Assembly: GCA_964404735.1 (NCBI GenBank)
Contig: CAYOLA010000031.1
Location: 1,958 to 65,957 of the forward strand
From: an uncultured Bacteroidales bacterium
GTDB taxonomy: Bacteria > Bacteroidota > Bacteroidia > Bacteroidales > B18-G4
DNA length: 64,000 nucleotides
Direction of reading: 5' to 3'
This document shows, piece by piece, positions 28,255 through 37,540 of this stretch. The notes beneath the pieces are model-generated. The model was given only the letters and a program-made list of their open reading frames with translations, had not been told where the DNA came from and did no database searches. The number at the start of each line of letters is the position of its first letter. Positions within the stretch are counted from its first letter, which is position 1. The position numbers and the translations under genes are program-made.

Positions 28255-31200
28255 TTACCTGTATACGATAAATTTTGCCGTTGCAAGCTCCCCGTGCTTT
28301 GAACGCAGGACCAGAATATAGAGTCCGTTTGTGAAAAACGAAACATCTATTTCGATCATCCCTTGTGATTCGTTCAACATCATCACTTTCCTTTCCCTTC
28401 CATAAAGGTCATACACACTTAACCGCAAGGTGCTGGCTTTACCTCCCCGGGCATATTCAACATACAATGTATTTCCGGTAGGATTGGGGTAACATCTCAG
28501 GGTGGTTGCTTCATCAACATTCTCTGTTGTTCCAAGGCTGTTATAGGCAATTACTATTTTGGGCGACGACCAGGCTGAATTTCCGCAATTGTTGGTGGCA
28601 CGCAGGATGATGGCGGCCTCCCCTTCCCAGTTTTTCACCCAGTGCACAACGGCTGTGAGACCGTCCGGGGCAATGCTTCCGGCGGTATCGGGCAGCAGGC
28701 GCCATTCGTAGGAAAGGGCGCCGGGAACCGGCATATCGAGCATGAAATTACTGAGTGTATCCATTGTTGTACACACGGTGTCGGGGCCGGTCACCGCTTG
28801 CGGCACGGCGGGCTTTTGTTCAATTTCAATGTAAAGACTTGCCGGAGGGCCCATCCCGCAGGCGTTCTGCGGACGCACCTGCAGGTTCCCGTTCACTGCC
28901 TGGAGCGAGTAGTTAACAAGGATAGAGGAACTGTCGCTCCCGCCATAAGCCCCGTCCGGCAGCAGCCATTTGTATTTCTCAGCCCCGGGCACAGGCTCAG
29001 CATGGTATAGCACCAGCATGTCGCCGGCACAAACGTCCTGCGGGCCTTCAATGCCACTGACGGCTACGGGCAATGGGATCACATCCACGAATACGCTGTC
29101 TGTCAGGCTGTCGTTCCCATCGTTGAGCAATACGAAATACCAGGTGGCAGAGAGCGGACCGGCCATTGGATCGGCAATTTCTGATGTAAAACCGGGCGGA
29201 TCAGAAGTCCAGATATAGGTATAGTTTCCGGTGCCTCCGCCGGCCAGGGCCAGCAATTGCGTGAGGGATCCTTCACACAGGATTTCAGGATCTGCGCTGG
29301 CTTCGAGGGCCAGTGATCCGCCGGTCACGGTAACGATCACCTTATCGGCCGAGGTGCAGCCGCTCAGTTCGTCGGTCACCGTGAGGGTGAACTGCGTACT
29401 CTGGAAAAGCTCAACGGTGGTGGGATCCGCCATGGCCGGATCATTAAGCAGGCCCGGCGGCGACCAGTAAAAGGAATAGTTGCCGGAGCCACCACTTGCC
29501 GTACCGTTCAACTGTGTGGAAGTGCCCTGCGGAATCGACTGATCTTCTCCTGCATTGGCAAGGGGAGCTTCACTGATCGTAATCAAAAGGGAGTCGGACC
29601 AGGGCCCTGTGCCGCAATTGTTGAATGAGCGCACCCTGATGGATGCCATCCCTGTAAAAGTATCATCCCATTCAACCCCGGCTGTCAGACCGGTACCCGT
29701 AATGTTTCCGGCTGTGGCAGGGCTGAGCGCCCACTGGTATCCGGCCCCAAATGCAGCACCGGAGGTGGTATATTCAGTATCGGGGGGGTTCTGGCAAAGT
29801 TGTTCAGGCCCTGCCGGCAATGCCGGTTTGGCAGGCAGGGGGCTGACCACCACCAGCAGGCTGTCGGACCAGTTGCTTGTGCCGCAGCTATTGGAGCAAC
29901 GCACAAACACATGTGCATCACCCGTAAAATCCTCCGACCATTCAACGATGGCCTGTACACTGGTCCAGTTGATCGTTCCGGCCCCGCCGGGGTATAATCC
30001 CCACTCGTATGAAGCAGCCCCGCTTACCGGCTCCACTGCGTATTCACTGTATGCCGTCCCCTGGCAAATGCTTTCCTCACCGGTTACCGGGCCGGGTGCA
30101 TCAGGCGGGCCAAGTATATATATTTCATTGACCTCCGTTGCGGAAGTGGCCCCGTTTTCGATCACCGTCAGGCTAACTTCCTTCATACCATCGCTGATCC
30201 AGTATACCTCATAAGGGCCCTGCCCCGAACCCGACAATACCTGTCCGCCGTCAAAACCCCAGATATACTGAGCCGAAGCGGATGCATTACCGGTGTATGT
30301 TATTGTAACTATATCATAAACACATGCAGAGTCCTGCAGGGAAAAGCCGGCCGAGGGCGCAATGCCGAAGATCAGGATCCCTGAAAAGGCCGATCCGGCA
30401 TATGAAGGGTCGATAGCCTGAACGGATGCATAATATTCGCCGAAGGCGAAGCCATTGATCTCCCATTCGGTCGCACCACCGGTGTTACCACGTTCCGCCA
30501 AACGCCGGTAACCGGCGGGAAGACCGGCCAGTGCGGAAAATATGTCCTGATTTGCAGTTTCGGTGCCTATACGCAGGTTATAGTTCAATCCTGCGGCAGG
30601 TGTATGATCATCGGTGGAAGGGTTCCAGGAAAACTGCACACTGTTGCCGTCAAGGCTGTGGCTAAGCCCGGTGGGGGCCGAGGGGGGATTGTTGACTTGC
30701 GACACCTGGTTTTGGTAGATGATGGCCGGTGGCTGCGGCATATTTACAGCCGCATCAAAATCGCCGGCCAGGAAAAGGTCAAGGTCGGAATCATTATCAT
30801 AGTCGGCGCATACCACCGCATTGAATGCCGGTGCGGGCAGGCCGGGTGAGATCTCTTCAAACTGGTCGCCACCCAGGTTCCGGTATAAAAGGAATACCGG
30901 AGAAGCGGGCGGCGGAGGCGGGTTACCCGTGGCCGTGACACTTCTGCCGGTGATGATAAAATCGAGCAGCCCGTCATTATCAAAATCGCCCCACAAGGCC
31001 GAGCCTGAACAGATCCCGGGAATACTGCCCGTTAGCGGGACGAAAGACTGGCCATTGCTGTTCCTGTATATGAAAGTTTGCGTCAGCCCGTTTGCACCAA
31101 GCCCGCTGACAAGCAGGTCGGGATAGCTATCGTTGTTATAGTCGCCCCAGGCGAGCGAGGCCTCCCCGAGCCCGCTAAGGCCGGCGCCCATCAGGCTGAA

Positions 31201-31890
31201 GCTTGCTTCATCATTCAGATATATGTATAAGCGGTAATTCCCGTCATCATCCGTTCCAATGATGGCCAGGTCAAGATCGCCGTCGAGGTCAAGGTCGGCC
31301 CATGCGGCAGAGCAACCGCCAAGCCCTGCCAGCCCTGCCTGGGCATCCGTAAAACTTTCATCGCCATTGTTGCGATAGAGGATGGTATGGGGTATGCCGC
31401 CTGCATCATAGCCGCAAACCACCAGATCGACCAAACCGTCGTTGTCGTAATCGGCCCAGGCCACGCTGCCCTGTGTCAGGTTGGTAAAGGCCGACGAGAT
31501 TGCAGTAAATACAAAATTCCCGTCATTGCGGTAAACCATTGTGAAAGGGCCACTCCCATTGTAACCTGTCAGGGCCAGGTCGGCAAGTCCGTCGTTGTTC
31601 AGGTCCCCAAAGCTGCAGGAAGCATCGTACAGCGCGGTGATGGCTGCCGGCATTGCCATGAAAACACCGCCGCCATCGTTACGATAGAAATTAGCCACTG
31701 CATTGCCTGCTTCATCAAGGCCGGTCACAAAAATATCAGCATCCCCGTCGTTATCCATATCCGCCCACGCGGCCGCTGCCCGTCCGGCGACATCGAAACC
31801 CGGATCAACGGGGATGAAAGTCTGTGAATGCAAAGAAAGAGTCAACGCCAGCAGAGCGGCCAGGAGAGCATATTTAATTTTTTCAGGCAT
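28255..31890 (-). CDS. Large secreted FG-GAP/VCBS-repeat protein with T9SS C-terminal sorting domain
   Basis: 1211 aa from ATG 31890 (signal peptide MPEKIKYALLAALLALTLSLHS). Seven Ca-binding-like FG-GAP loops are present: DMDNDGDAD, DLNNDGLAD, DYDNDGLVD, DLDLDGDLD, DYNNDSYPD, DFDNDGLLD and DYDNDSDLD. It also has four ~85-aa Cys-containing Ig/PKD-like repeats. The C-terminal T9SS-type domain reads LRCYPNPTGNTLYVEY...GLYILVL...KFIVYR. Confidence 0.8.
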   Translation of the reverse strand: MPEKIKYALLAALLALTLSLHSQTFIPVDPGFDVAGRAAAAWADMDNDGDADIFVTGLDEAGNAVANFYRNDGGGVFMAMPAAITALYDASCSFGDLNNDGLADLALTGYNGSGPFTMVYRNDGNFVFTAISSAFTNLTQGSVAWADYDNDGLVDLVVCGYDAGGIPHTILYRNNGDESFTDAQAGLAGLGGCSAAWADLDLDGDLDLAIIGTDDDGNYRLYIYLNDEASFSLMGAGLSGLGEASLAWGDYNNDSYPDLLVSGLGANGLTQTFIYRNSNGQSFVPLTGSIPGICSGSALWGDFDNDGLLDFIITGRSVTATGNPPPPPASPVFLLYRNLGGDQFEEISPGLPAPAFNAVVCADYDNDSDLDLFLAGDFDAAVNMPQPPAIIYQNQVSQVNNPPSAPTGLSHSLDGNSVQFSWNPSTDDHTPAAGLNYNLRIGTETANQDIFSALAGLPAGYRRLAERGNTGGATEWEINGFAFGEYYASVQAIDPSYAGSAFSGILIFGIAPSAGFSLQDSACVYDIVTITYTGNASASAQYIWGFDGGQVLSGSGQGPYEVYWISDGMKEVSLTVIENGATSATEVNEIYILGPPDAPGPVTGEESICQGTAYSEYAVEPVSGAASYEWGLYPGGAGTINWTSVQAIVEWSEDFTGDAHVFVRCSNSCGTSNWSDSLLVVVSPLPAKPALPAGPEQLCQNPPDTEYTTSGAAFGAGYQWALSPATAGNITGTGLTAGVEWDDTFTGMASIRVRSFNNCGTGPWSDSLLITISEAPLANAGEDQSIPQGTSTQLNGTASGGSGNYSFYWSPPGLLNDPAMADPTTVELFQSTQFTLTVTDELSGCTSADKVIVTVTGGSLALEASADPEILCEGSLTQLLALAGGGTGNYTYIWTSDPPGFTSEIADPMAGPLSATWYFVLLNDGNDSLTDSVFVDVIPLPVAVSGIEGPQDVCAGDMLVLYHAEPVPGAEKYKWLLPDGAYGGSDSSSILVNYSLQAVNGNLQVRPQNACGMGPPASLYIEIEQKPAVPQAVTGPDTVCTTMDTLSNFMLDMPVPGALSYEWRLLPDTAGSIAPDGLTAVVHWVKNWEGEAAIILRATNNCGNSAWSSPKIVIAYNSLGTTENVDEATTLRCYPNPTGNTLYVEYARGGKASTLRLSVYDLYGRERKVMMLNESQGMIEIDVSFFTNGLYILVLRSKHGELATAKFIVYR

Positions 31891-32172
31891 GCTGTGATGT
31901 TTAGCCGGAATAAAAACGATGACAGTTCGTTTATCCGGTTGAGATGCAAAATTAACAATTCCCCTTAATGATTTGTAAAAGCTGCCATGCAATACTTTCA
32001 TTTCATGAATGTATGCGCCTGCATCCCATACGTGGCCGGCAGCATCGCCGCCTTTTGCGGCCCGGCCATTACGGACCCAGCAGCAGGCTTGCCGGGGGCA
32101 TGTACCGGCAGGCGGATTTGGCTGGCCGGGAACATTAATTTTTAGTATTTTCGCAATCTAAAACAGCAAGAA

Positions 32173-33099
32173 ATGTCGATCGTTGTAAAGGAGATCACCA
32201 AGATTTACGGAAAGCAAAAAGCACTTGACAGTGTTTCACTCCGGATCAATGCCGGGGAGGTGGTGGGCCTGCTCGGGCCGAACGGCGCGGGTAAATCAAC
32301 CATGATGAAGATCATTACCTGTTTTCTGCCGCCTACTTCGGGCGAGGCTTCCGTGGATGGTTTCGACATTTTCGAGCACCCCCTGGAAGTCAAAAAGCGC
32401 GTAGGATACCTGCCCGAAAACAATCCCCTTTATCACGACATGTACGTAAGGGAATACCTGTCATTCCTGGCGGGATTGCACAAACTGGATAAACCCGCGA
32501 AGAGGGTCGGGCAGATCATTGAGACTACCGGGCTGGGCCCTGAGCAGAGAAAAAAGATCGGTGCCCTTTCGAAGGGTTTCCGGCAACGTGTCGGCCTGGC
32601 ACAGGCGTTGATCCACGACCCGCCAGTACTAGTCCTCGACGAGCCCACCTCGGGCCTTGACCCCAACCAGTTGCTTGAGATCCGTTCACTGATACAGCGG
32701 GTAGGACAGGAAAAGACCGTATTGCTCTCCACACATATCATGCAGGAAGTGGAAGCCATCTGCAGCCGCGTGGTGATTATTCACCAGGGCAGGATCGTGG
32801 CCGACGATGCAACCGGCAACCTTTCAAAAAAGGCCATGGGCACTGCCCTGATCAGGATCGAATTCAGCGGTTCCGTCAAGCCCGGAGAACTGGAAGCCCT
32901 GCCGGGCGTCATCGCCGCCAGGCAAAAAGAAGACAGAACCTGGGAAGTTGAGGTTTCCGGCGAAAAAGACATCAGGGAGGATATTTTTCAGTTTGCCGTG
33001 AAGAAAAAGATCTCGGTGCTTTCCCTCAACCTTGAAAAGAAAAGCCTACAGGAAATCTTCCAGTCGTTTACAAGTGGAGACGAGACCCTGTCGAAATAA
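32173..33099 (+). CDS. gldA: ABC transporter ATP-binding protein, GldA-like
   Basis: Walker A GPNGAGKST, signature LSKGFRQRV and Walker B VLVLDEPTSGLDP. The blocks YLPENNPLYHDMYVREYL and LSTHIMQEVEAICSRVVIIHQGRIVAD match my recollection of the gliding-motility GldA ATPase. No gldF/gldG follows in the window. Confidence 0.6.
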   Translation: MSIVVKEITKIYGKQKALDSVSLRINAGEVVGLLGPNGAGKSTMMKIITCFLPPTSGEASVDGFDIFEHPLEVKKRVGYLPENNPLYHDMYVREYLSFLAGLHKLDKPAKRVGQIIETTGLGPEQRKKIGALSKGFRQRVGLAQALIHDPPVLVLDEPTSGLDPNQLLEIRSLIQRVGQEKTVLLSTHIMQEVEAICSRVVIIHQGRIVADDATGNLSKKAMGTALIRIEFSGSVKPGELEALPGVIAARQKEDRTWEVEVSGEKDIREDIFQFAVKKKISVLSLNLEKKSLQEIFQSFTSGDETLSK

Positions 33100-33108
33100 A
33101 TATTTCAT

Positions 33109-33116
33109 TACTTTTG
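33109..33116 (+). promoter_or_regulatory. Candidate -7 promoter box TACTTTTG upstream of metK
   Basis: Exact TAnnTTTG match 89 nt upstream of the metK ATG, implying a leader of ~80 nt. No -33 TTTG seen. Confidence 0.3.
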
Positions 33117-33205
33117 CAAACCAACCCGTTATTAGTAAACAAACCTTTTTACCAGGTGTTTAACATAGCAAATTATTGTTAAATCTAAGTTATATTCAAT
33201 AAACA

Positions 33206-34516
33206 ATGGCATATTTATTTACATCAGAATCCGTTTCGGAGGGACACCCCGATAAAGTCTCGGACCAGATATCAGATGCGTTGCTGGATGAATTCCTGCG
33301 GCACGATCCCGATTCAAAAGTGGCATGTGAAACCCTCGTTACAACAGGCCTCGTTGTTTGCGCGGGGGAAGTCAGGACCAAAGGCTGGATCAATATTGAT
33401 GAAGTTGCCCGTGAAACGATTCGCGTTATCGGATATACCGATTCGGCATATAAATTCGATGCCGATTCCTGCGGTGTGATCAGTACCATTCACGAGCAGG
33501 CCGATGACATTCACATGGGCGTCGTGCGTGAGAAAAAAGAAGAACAGGGAGCAGGTGACCAGGGCATGATGTTCGGATATGCCAGCAGGGAAATGGAAAA
33601 TTATATGCCCATGCCCATCGAGCTGGCGCATATTTTTCTGCAGGAACTGGCAGCCATCAGGAAGGAAGGCAGGGAGATGACCTACCTGCGCCCCGATTCC
33701 AAATCGCAGGTAACCATCGAATATGACGACCAGCATCACGCCCAGCGAATTGACACCATCGTGATCTCCACCCAGCATGATGATTTTGATGATGATGACG
33801 AGCGCATGCGCAGCAGGATCGAGGCGGATGTAAAGGATATTCTGATCCCCAGGGTAATAAAAGGGCCCGATGTGCCTGAAAAAGTGAGAAAACTGTTCAA
33901 GGGCGATTACAAGCTTTTGGTGAATCCCACCGGTAAGTTCGTGATCGGCGGGCCGCACGGCGATACAGGCCTCACCGGGCGTAAGATCATTGTTGACACC
34001 TATGGAGGAAAAGGGGCTCACGGCGGGGGCGCCTTTTCAGGCAAGGATCCCTCAAAGGTCGACCGTTCCGCAGCCTATGCCATGCGGCATATGGCCAAAA
34101 ACCTCGTTGCCGCAGGGGTGGCCGACGAAGTGCTCATCCAGGTTGCCTATGCCATTGGATGCAAAGACCATGTGGGACTTTATGTTGACACACACGGAAC
34201 CGCCAGGGTAAAAGACAGCCAGGGCAACACCATAAGCGACGGGGAGATCGCCCGCAAACTGGACAAGATCTTCGACCTCACCCCGCACGGTATCATTGAA
34301 AGGCTCGGGCTCAAATACCCCATTTACCTGAAAACCGCTACTTATGGCCATTTTGGCAGGGAACCCTTCGAAGAAGAAGTCAGTCTTTTTTACGACCCCT
34401 CAGACCCCTCGGTTTATGTCAACGGCGGGGAGCCTCCCTATAAGAAGAAGGTTACCTTTTTTGCCTGGGAAAAGCTCGACTACGTGGATAAGATCAGGGA
34501 GGCCTTTGGCTTGTAA
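33206..34516 (+). CDS. metK: S-adenosylmethionine synthase
   Basis: SEGHPDKVSDQISDALLD, GAGDQGMMFGYA, DTYGG and GAFSGKDPSKVDRSAAY motifs. Confidence 0.95.
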   Translation: MAYLFTSESVSEGHPDKVSDQISDALLDEFLRHDPDSKVACETLVTTGLVVCAGEVRTKGWINIDEVARETIRVIGYTDSAYKFDADSCGVISTIHEQADDIHMGVVREKKEEQGAGDQGMMFGYASREMENYMPMPIELAHIFLQELAAIRKEGREMTYLRPDSKSQVTIEYDDQHHAQRIDTIVISTQHDDFDDDDERMRSRIEADVKDILIPRVIKGPDVPEKVRKLFKGDYKLLVNPTGKFVIGGPHGDTGLTGRKIIVDTYGGKGAHGGGAFSGKDPSKVDRSAAYAMRHMAKNLVAAGVADEVLIQVAYAIGCKDHVGLYVDTHGTARVKDSQGNTISDGEIARKLDKIFDLTPHGIIERLGLKYPIYLKTATYGHFGREPFEEEVSLFYDPSDPSVYVNGGEPPYKKKVTFFAWEKLDYVDKIREAFGL

Positions 34517-34694
34517 CGGAGATGCTGAATGAGATTGCCCACTGAGTACCCGGGGGTTTTTGCTTTCCCGTGGCTGGTGCCTTGATGTGTCTGCTTATTT
34601 TAAAAACTTTATGGATATGTGACTGATATGCCTGTTGAAAGGTATTTTAACAATATCATAACTTTTATTCAATCATTCATATTCTTCTGTTTTT

Positions 34695-34702
34695 TATTTT
34701 TG
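34695..34702 (+). promoter_or_regulatory. Candidate -7 promoter box TATTTTTG
   Basis: Exact TAnnTTTG match 19 nt upstream of ATG 34722. Confidence 0.3.
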
Positions 34703-34721
34703 CGTCTTCAATAACAGACAC

Positions 34722-35621
34722 ATGATGGCAGGATATTTACGCATTTCAATGTTTTTTGCCCTTTATCTTCCATTCTTTACCAGTGCCCAGGTTGCCATTA
34801 ATGAAAGCGGTAATGCACCCGACGGTTCAGCAATGCTGGAAGTGGAAAGCACTCAAAAAGGGTTTTTACCCCCGCGCATGACCACCGCCCAACGCAATGG
34901 CATTAGCAACCCTTCCGAAGGTTTGTTGATCTATAATACTGAAATGCAATGCCTGGAATTCTGGAATGGTTTGATGTGGTATAATACAAATGGCACAAAT
35001 TTTCCAGAGGGATCTGTTTTTTGCAGCGGAACCCAAACGGCCATCGTCGAAGTTACCAATCCTGCCACCGGCCATACCTGGATGGACCGCAACCTGGGCG
35101 CTTCACGGGTGGCCACCTCCGCAACAGATGCCGATGCTTACGGAGATCTATATCAGTGGGGGCGTTTTTCTGACGGGCACCAATGCCGGACCTCCTCCTC
35201 AACAACTACTTTGTCAAACCAGGACGATCCCGGACATGGTGATTTCATTTTATCAACCTCATCCCCTTACGACTGGCGCTCACCCCAAAACGGCAGCCTC
35301 TGGCAGGGTATAAGCGGTATTAACAATCCCTGCCCGAACGGGTTCAGGTTACCGGACGATAGCGAGATAAACACGGAGTTTAACAGCTGGTCACCATATA
35401 ACAGTGCCGGCGCTTATGCCTCACCACTGAAATTTACGGTGGCCGGCTTCCGTTATCGCGACAACAATGGAATACTTGGAGATGTCGGCATCAGTGGCAA
35501 CTACTGGGGCAATTATCCCTTTACCAATACTTCGCGCTATCTGAACATCCGGGCCAACGGGGTTGGCTTTGGGATGCAACACCGTGCCTACGGATACTCT
35601 GTACGCTGCATAAAAGATTAA
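34722..35621 (+). CDS. Secreted protein with Fibrobacter-succinogenes-major-paralogous (FISUMP) domain
   Basis: Signal peptide, then an N-terminal module GFLPPRMTTAQRNGISNPSEGLLIYNT. FISUMP hallmarks follow: WMDRNLGA, YGDLYQWGR, CPNGFRLP, NYWG and YGYSVRCIKD. Confidence 0.8.
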   Translation: MMAGYLRISMFFALYLPFFTSAQVAINESGNAPDGSAMLEVESTQKGFLPPRMTTAQRNGISNPSEGLLIYNTEMQCLEFWNGLMWYNTNGTNFPEGSVFCSGTQTAIVEVTNPATGHTWMDRNLGASRVATSATDADAYGDLYQWGRFSDGHQCRTSSSTTTLSNQDDPGHGDFILSTSSPYDWRSPQNGSLWQGISGINNPCPNGFRLPDDSEINTEFNSWSPYNSAGAYASPLKFTVAGFRYRDNNGILGDVGISGNYWGNYPFTNTSRYLNIRANGVGFGMQHRAYGYSVRCIKD

Positions 35622-35712
35622 CATGGATATAAAATTGCTTCTTATGACTCCCTTTCATTGCGCCATTGAAATATCAGATTATTCAGGCCCACGGAACCCG
35701 TGAATACAAATC

Positions 35713-35754
35713 AGCTTGCCATTCCCAAAATGGATAATGGCAAGTTGCATTTTT
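35713..35754 (+). terminator. Possible terminator hairpin after the FISUMP gene
   Basis: agCTTGCCATT-(12 nt)-AATGGCAAGtt forms a 9-11 bp stem, followed by gcaTTTTT. Confidence 0.4.
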
Positions 35755-35802
35755 AAAGTTAACACACACATTCAAGCAGTTAACTCCTGCAACATCGGGG
35801 CA

Positions 35803-35843
35803 AACACTGGAACACTGAAACACTGAAACCATTTAACCATTTA
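35803..35843. repeat. 8-nt tandem units AACACTGG/AACACTGA x2 then ACCATTTA x2, ending exactly at the start codon
   Basis: The reverse complement reads TAAATGGT TAAATGGT T TCAGTGTT TCAGTGTT CCAGTGTT. This is nearly identical to 24613-24644 (TAAATGGT TAAATGGT T TTAGTGTT TCAGTGA). It is therefore an inverted copy of the 24.6-kb element, abutting ATG 35844. Confidence 0.8.
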
Positions 35844-36638
35844 ATGAAAACAAAGCCATCCATCATAATCAAATCCGCCATCATCATTCTGGTCTTCCTG
35901 CTTTCCTTTTACGGGAAAAAGACCTTTACTCATTTTACCGGCTTATCCTTTCCCGGTGAAATTGCCGCAACAATATATTTTTATTCCTGGTGGATCATTC
36001 CCACAGTACTCACCCTGGGTTTCCTCTTTGGCTTCCGGAATATTTTTAAGGTAACAGGCCTGCAAAAGGATCTGCTTACCGGGCTGCTATTTGCTTTGCT
36101 CACCGTATGGCCCATGTTCACGGGTTCGGCCATTATCGGGGAATTCAACTCCGGCATGGATTGGGGCATGTTGTTCCGGTCAACGTTTCTGGCAGGCTTC
36201 ATGGAAGAGTATCTCTTCAGGGGATTTTTATTCGGGATTTTATTCAGGAAATTGGGCTGGGGTTTCATCCCTGCTGGCATTATCGGTGCCGTATTCTTTG
36301 GATCAGGACATATTTACCAGGGCAGCAATGCCGGGGAGACCATTGGCATATTCATCATTACAGCGATGGGAAGTCTTTGGTTTGCATGGTTATTCATTGA
36401 ATGGAGAGAAAACCTGTGGATACCGGTGTTTCTTCATATCCTGATGAATTTATCATGGGGGTTGTTTGACATCAGTGACAACGCGATGGGGGGCATTGCT
36501 GCCAACATTTTCAGGATCGCAACCATCGCTTTAACGATCGTGATCACTATTTTTTACCACCGGAAATCCGGACTGAAGATCCGGAAAAATAATCTTATTG
36601 TAAATAAACGGTCACTGCGCACAACAGAGGAAAATTAA
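35844..36638 (+). CDS. CPBP-family intramembrane glutamic endopeptidase (CAAX protease/bacteriocin-processing type)
   Basis: Multi-TM protein with CPBP motifs EEYLFRGFLF, FGSGH and FLHILMN. Confidence 0.8.
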   Translation: MKTKPSIIIKSAIIILVFLLSFYGKKTFTHFTGLSFPGEIAATIYFYSWWIIPTVLTLGFLFGFRNIFKVTGLQKDLLTGLLFALLTVWPMFTGSAIIGEFNSGMDWGMLFRSTFLAGFMEEYLFRGFLFGILFRKLGWGFIPAGIIGAVFFGSGHIYQGSNAGETIGIFIITAMGSLWFAWLFIEWRENLWIPVFLHILMNLSWGLFDISDNAMGGIAANIFRIATIALTIVITIFYHRKSGLKIRKNNLIVNKRSLRTTEEN

Positions 36639-36650
36639 AGATTTTATCTT

Positions 36651-37418
36651 ATGGACAATAAACAATGGTATGAATCTTTGTTCGAGAACTACGGACAAAA
36701 GTACGACACTGAAATCTTTACACAAGGCACCGCCGGTGAATGCGATTTTATTGAAATGGAGCTAAACCACGATAAGTCGTTCAGGATACTGGATGTGGGC
36801 TGCGGCACCGGAAGGCACAGCATCGAACTCACAAGGCGGGGTTATTCCGTTACCGGCATTGACTTGTCGGAATCACAGCTCAAGAGGGCAGAAAAAAAGG
36901 CCATGGAACAGGGATTGAAGATCGACTTTCAGCAACAGGACGCAAGGAACCTTTCCTTTCAGAACGAGTTCGATGTTGCGATCATGCTCTGCGAAGGGGG
37001 TTTCCCGCTCATGGAAACCGATGAGATGAACTTTGAGATCCTGAAGGGTATTACACGCTCTCTGAAACCGCAATCGAAATTCATTTTCACAACCCTGAAC
37101 GGTCTCTTCCCCCTGTATCATTCAGTGGAAGAATTCTGTGCTTCATCATCCGGTGAGGGAAATGCAACCTATCGCAGCAATACTTTTGACCTGATGACAT
37201 TCCGCGACCACAACATCACCGAAATCGAAGATGACCTGGGGAACCGTAAGACCCTTGAATGCAACGAAAGATACTATGTGCCTTCCGAGATCAGCTGGCT
37301 TCTGAAAACGCTGGGGTATAAAACGATCGACATTTTCGGGGCCCGGCTGGGGCAGTTTTCGCGGGAACACACTCTGACGACAGAGGATTTTGAAATGCTC
37401 GTCATTGCCAAAAAATGA
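36651..37418 (+). CDS. Class I SAM-dependent methyltransferase
   Basis: Motif I ILDVGCGTGRHS, followed by VTGIDLS and DVAIMLC. Substrate unknown. Confidence 0.8.
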   Translation: MDNKQWYESLFENYGQKYDTEIFTQGTAGECDFIEMELNHDKSFRILDVGCGTGRHSIELTRRGYSVTGIDLSESQLKRAEKKAMEQGLKIDFQQQDARNLSFQNEFDVAIMLCEGGFPLMETDEMNFEILKGITRSLKPQSKFIFTTLNGLFPLYHSVEEFCASSSGEGNATYRSNTFDLMTFRDHNITEIEDDLGNRKTLECNERYYVPSEISWLLKTLGYKTIDIFGARLGQFSREHTLTTEDFEMLVIAKK

Positions 37419-37480
37419 TGCCCCGAATATCATGCTTTGTTCCGGGAAAGCGGGGCAAACCGATCTGATATCGGGTACGG

Positions 37481-37521
37481 AAAAAAAAGAGGCTGTGCCT
37501 GCCTGATGCAGCCACAGCCTC
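37481..37521 (-). terminator. Rho-independent terminator for the minus-strand T9SS cargo gene (possibly bidirectional)
   Basis: GAGGCTGTG (37489-37497) pairs with CACAGCCTC (37513-37521), with inner ctgc/gcag pairing. The A8 run at 37481-37488 gives a U-tract on the minus-strand transcript, 20 nt after that gene's stop. Confidence 0.65.
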
Positions 37522-37540
37522 CGTTTCATTCATTGTTGTA

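Noticed and set aside
33100-33205. Possible SAM riboswitch in the metK leader.
   Set aside because: The ~80-nt putative leader is AT-rich. I could not find the paired stems or conserved cores of SAM-I, SAM-II or SAM-V classes by eye. A cmscan against Rfam would be decisive, so I make no claim.
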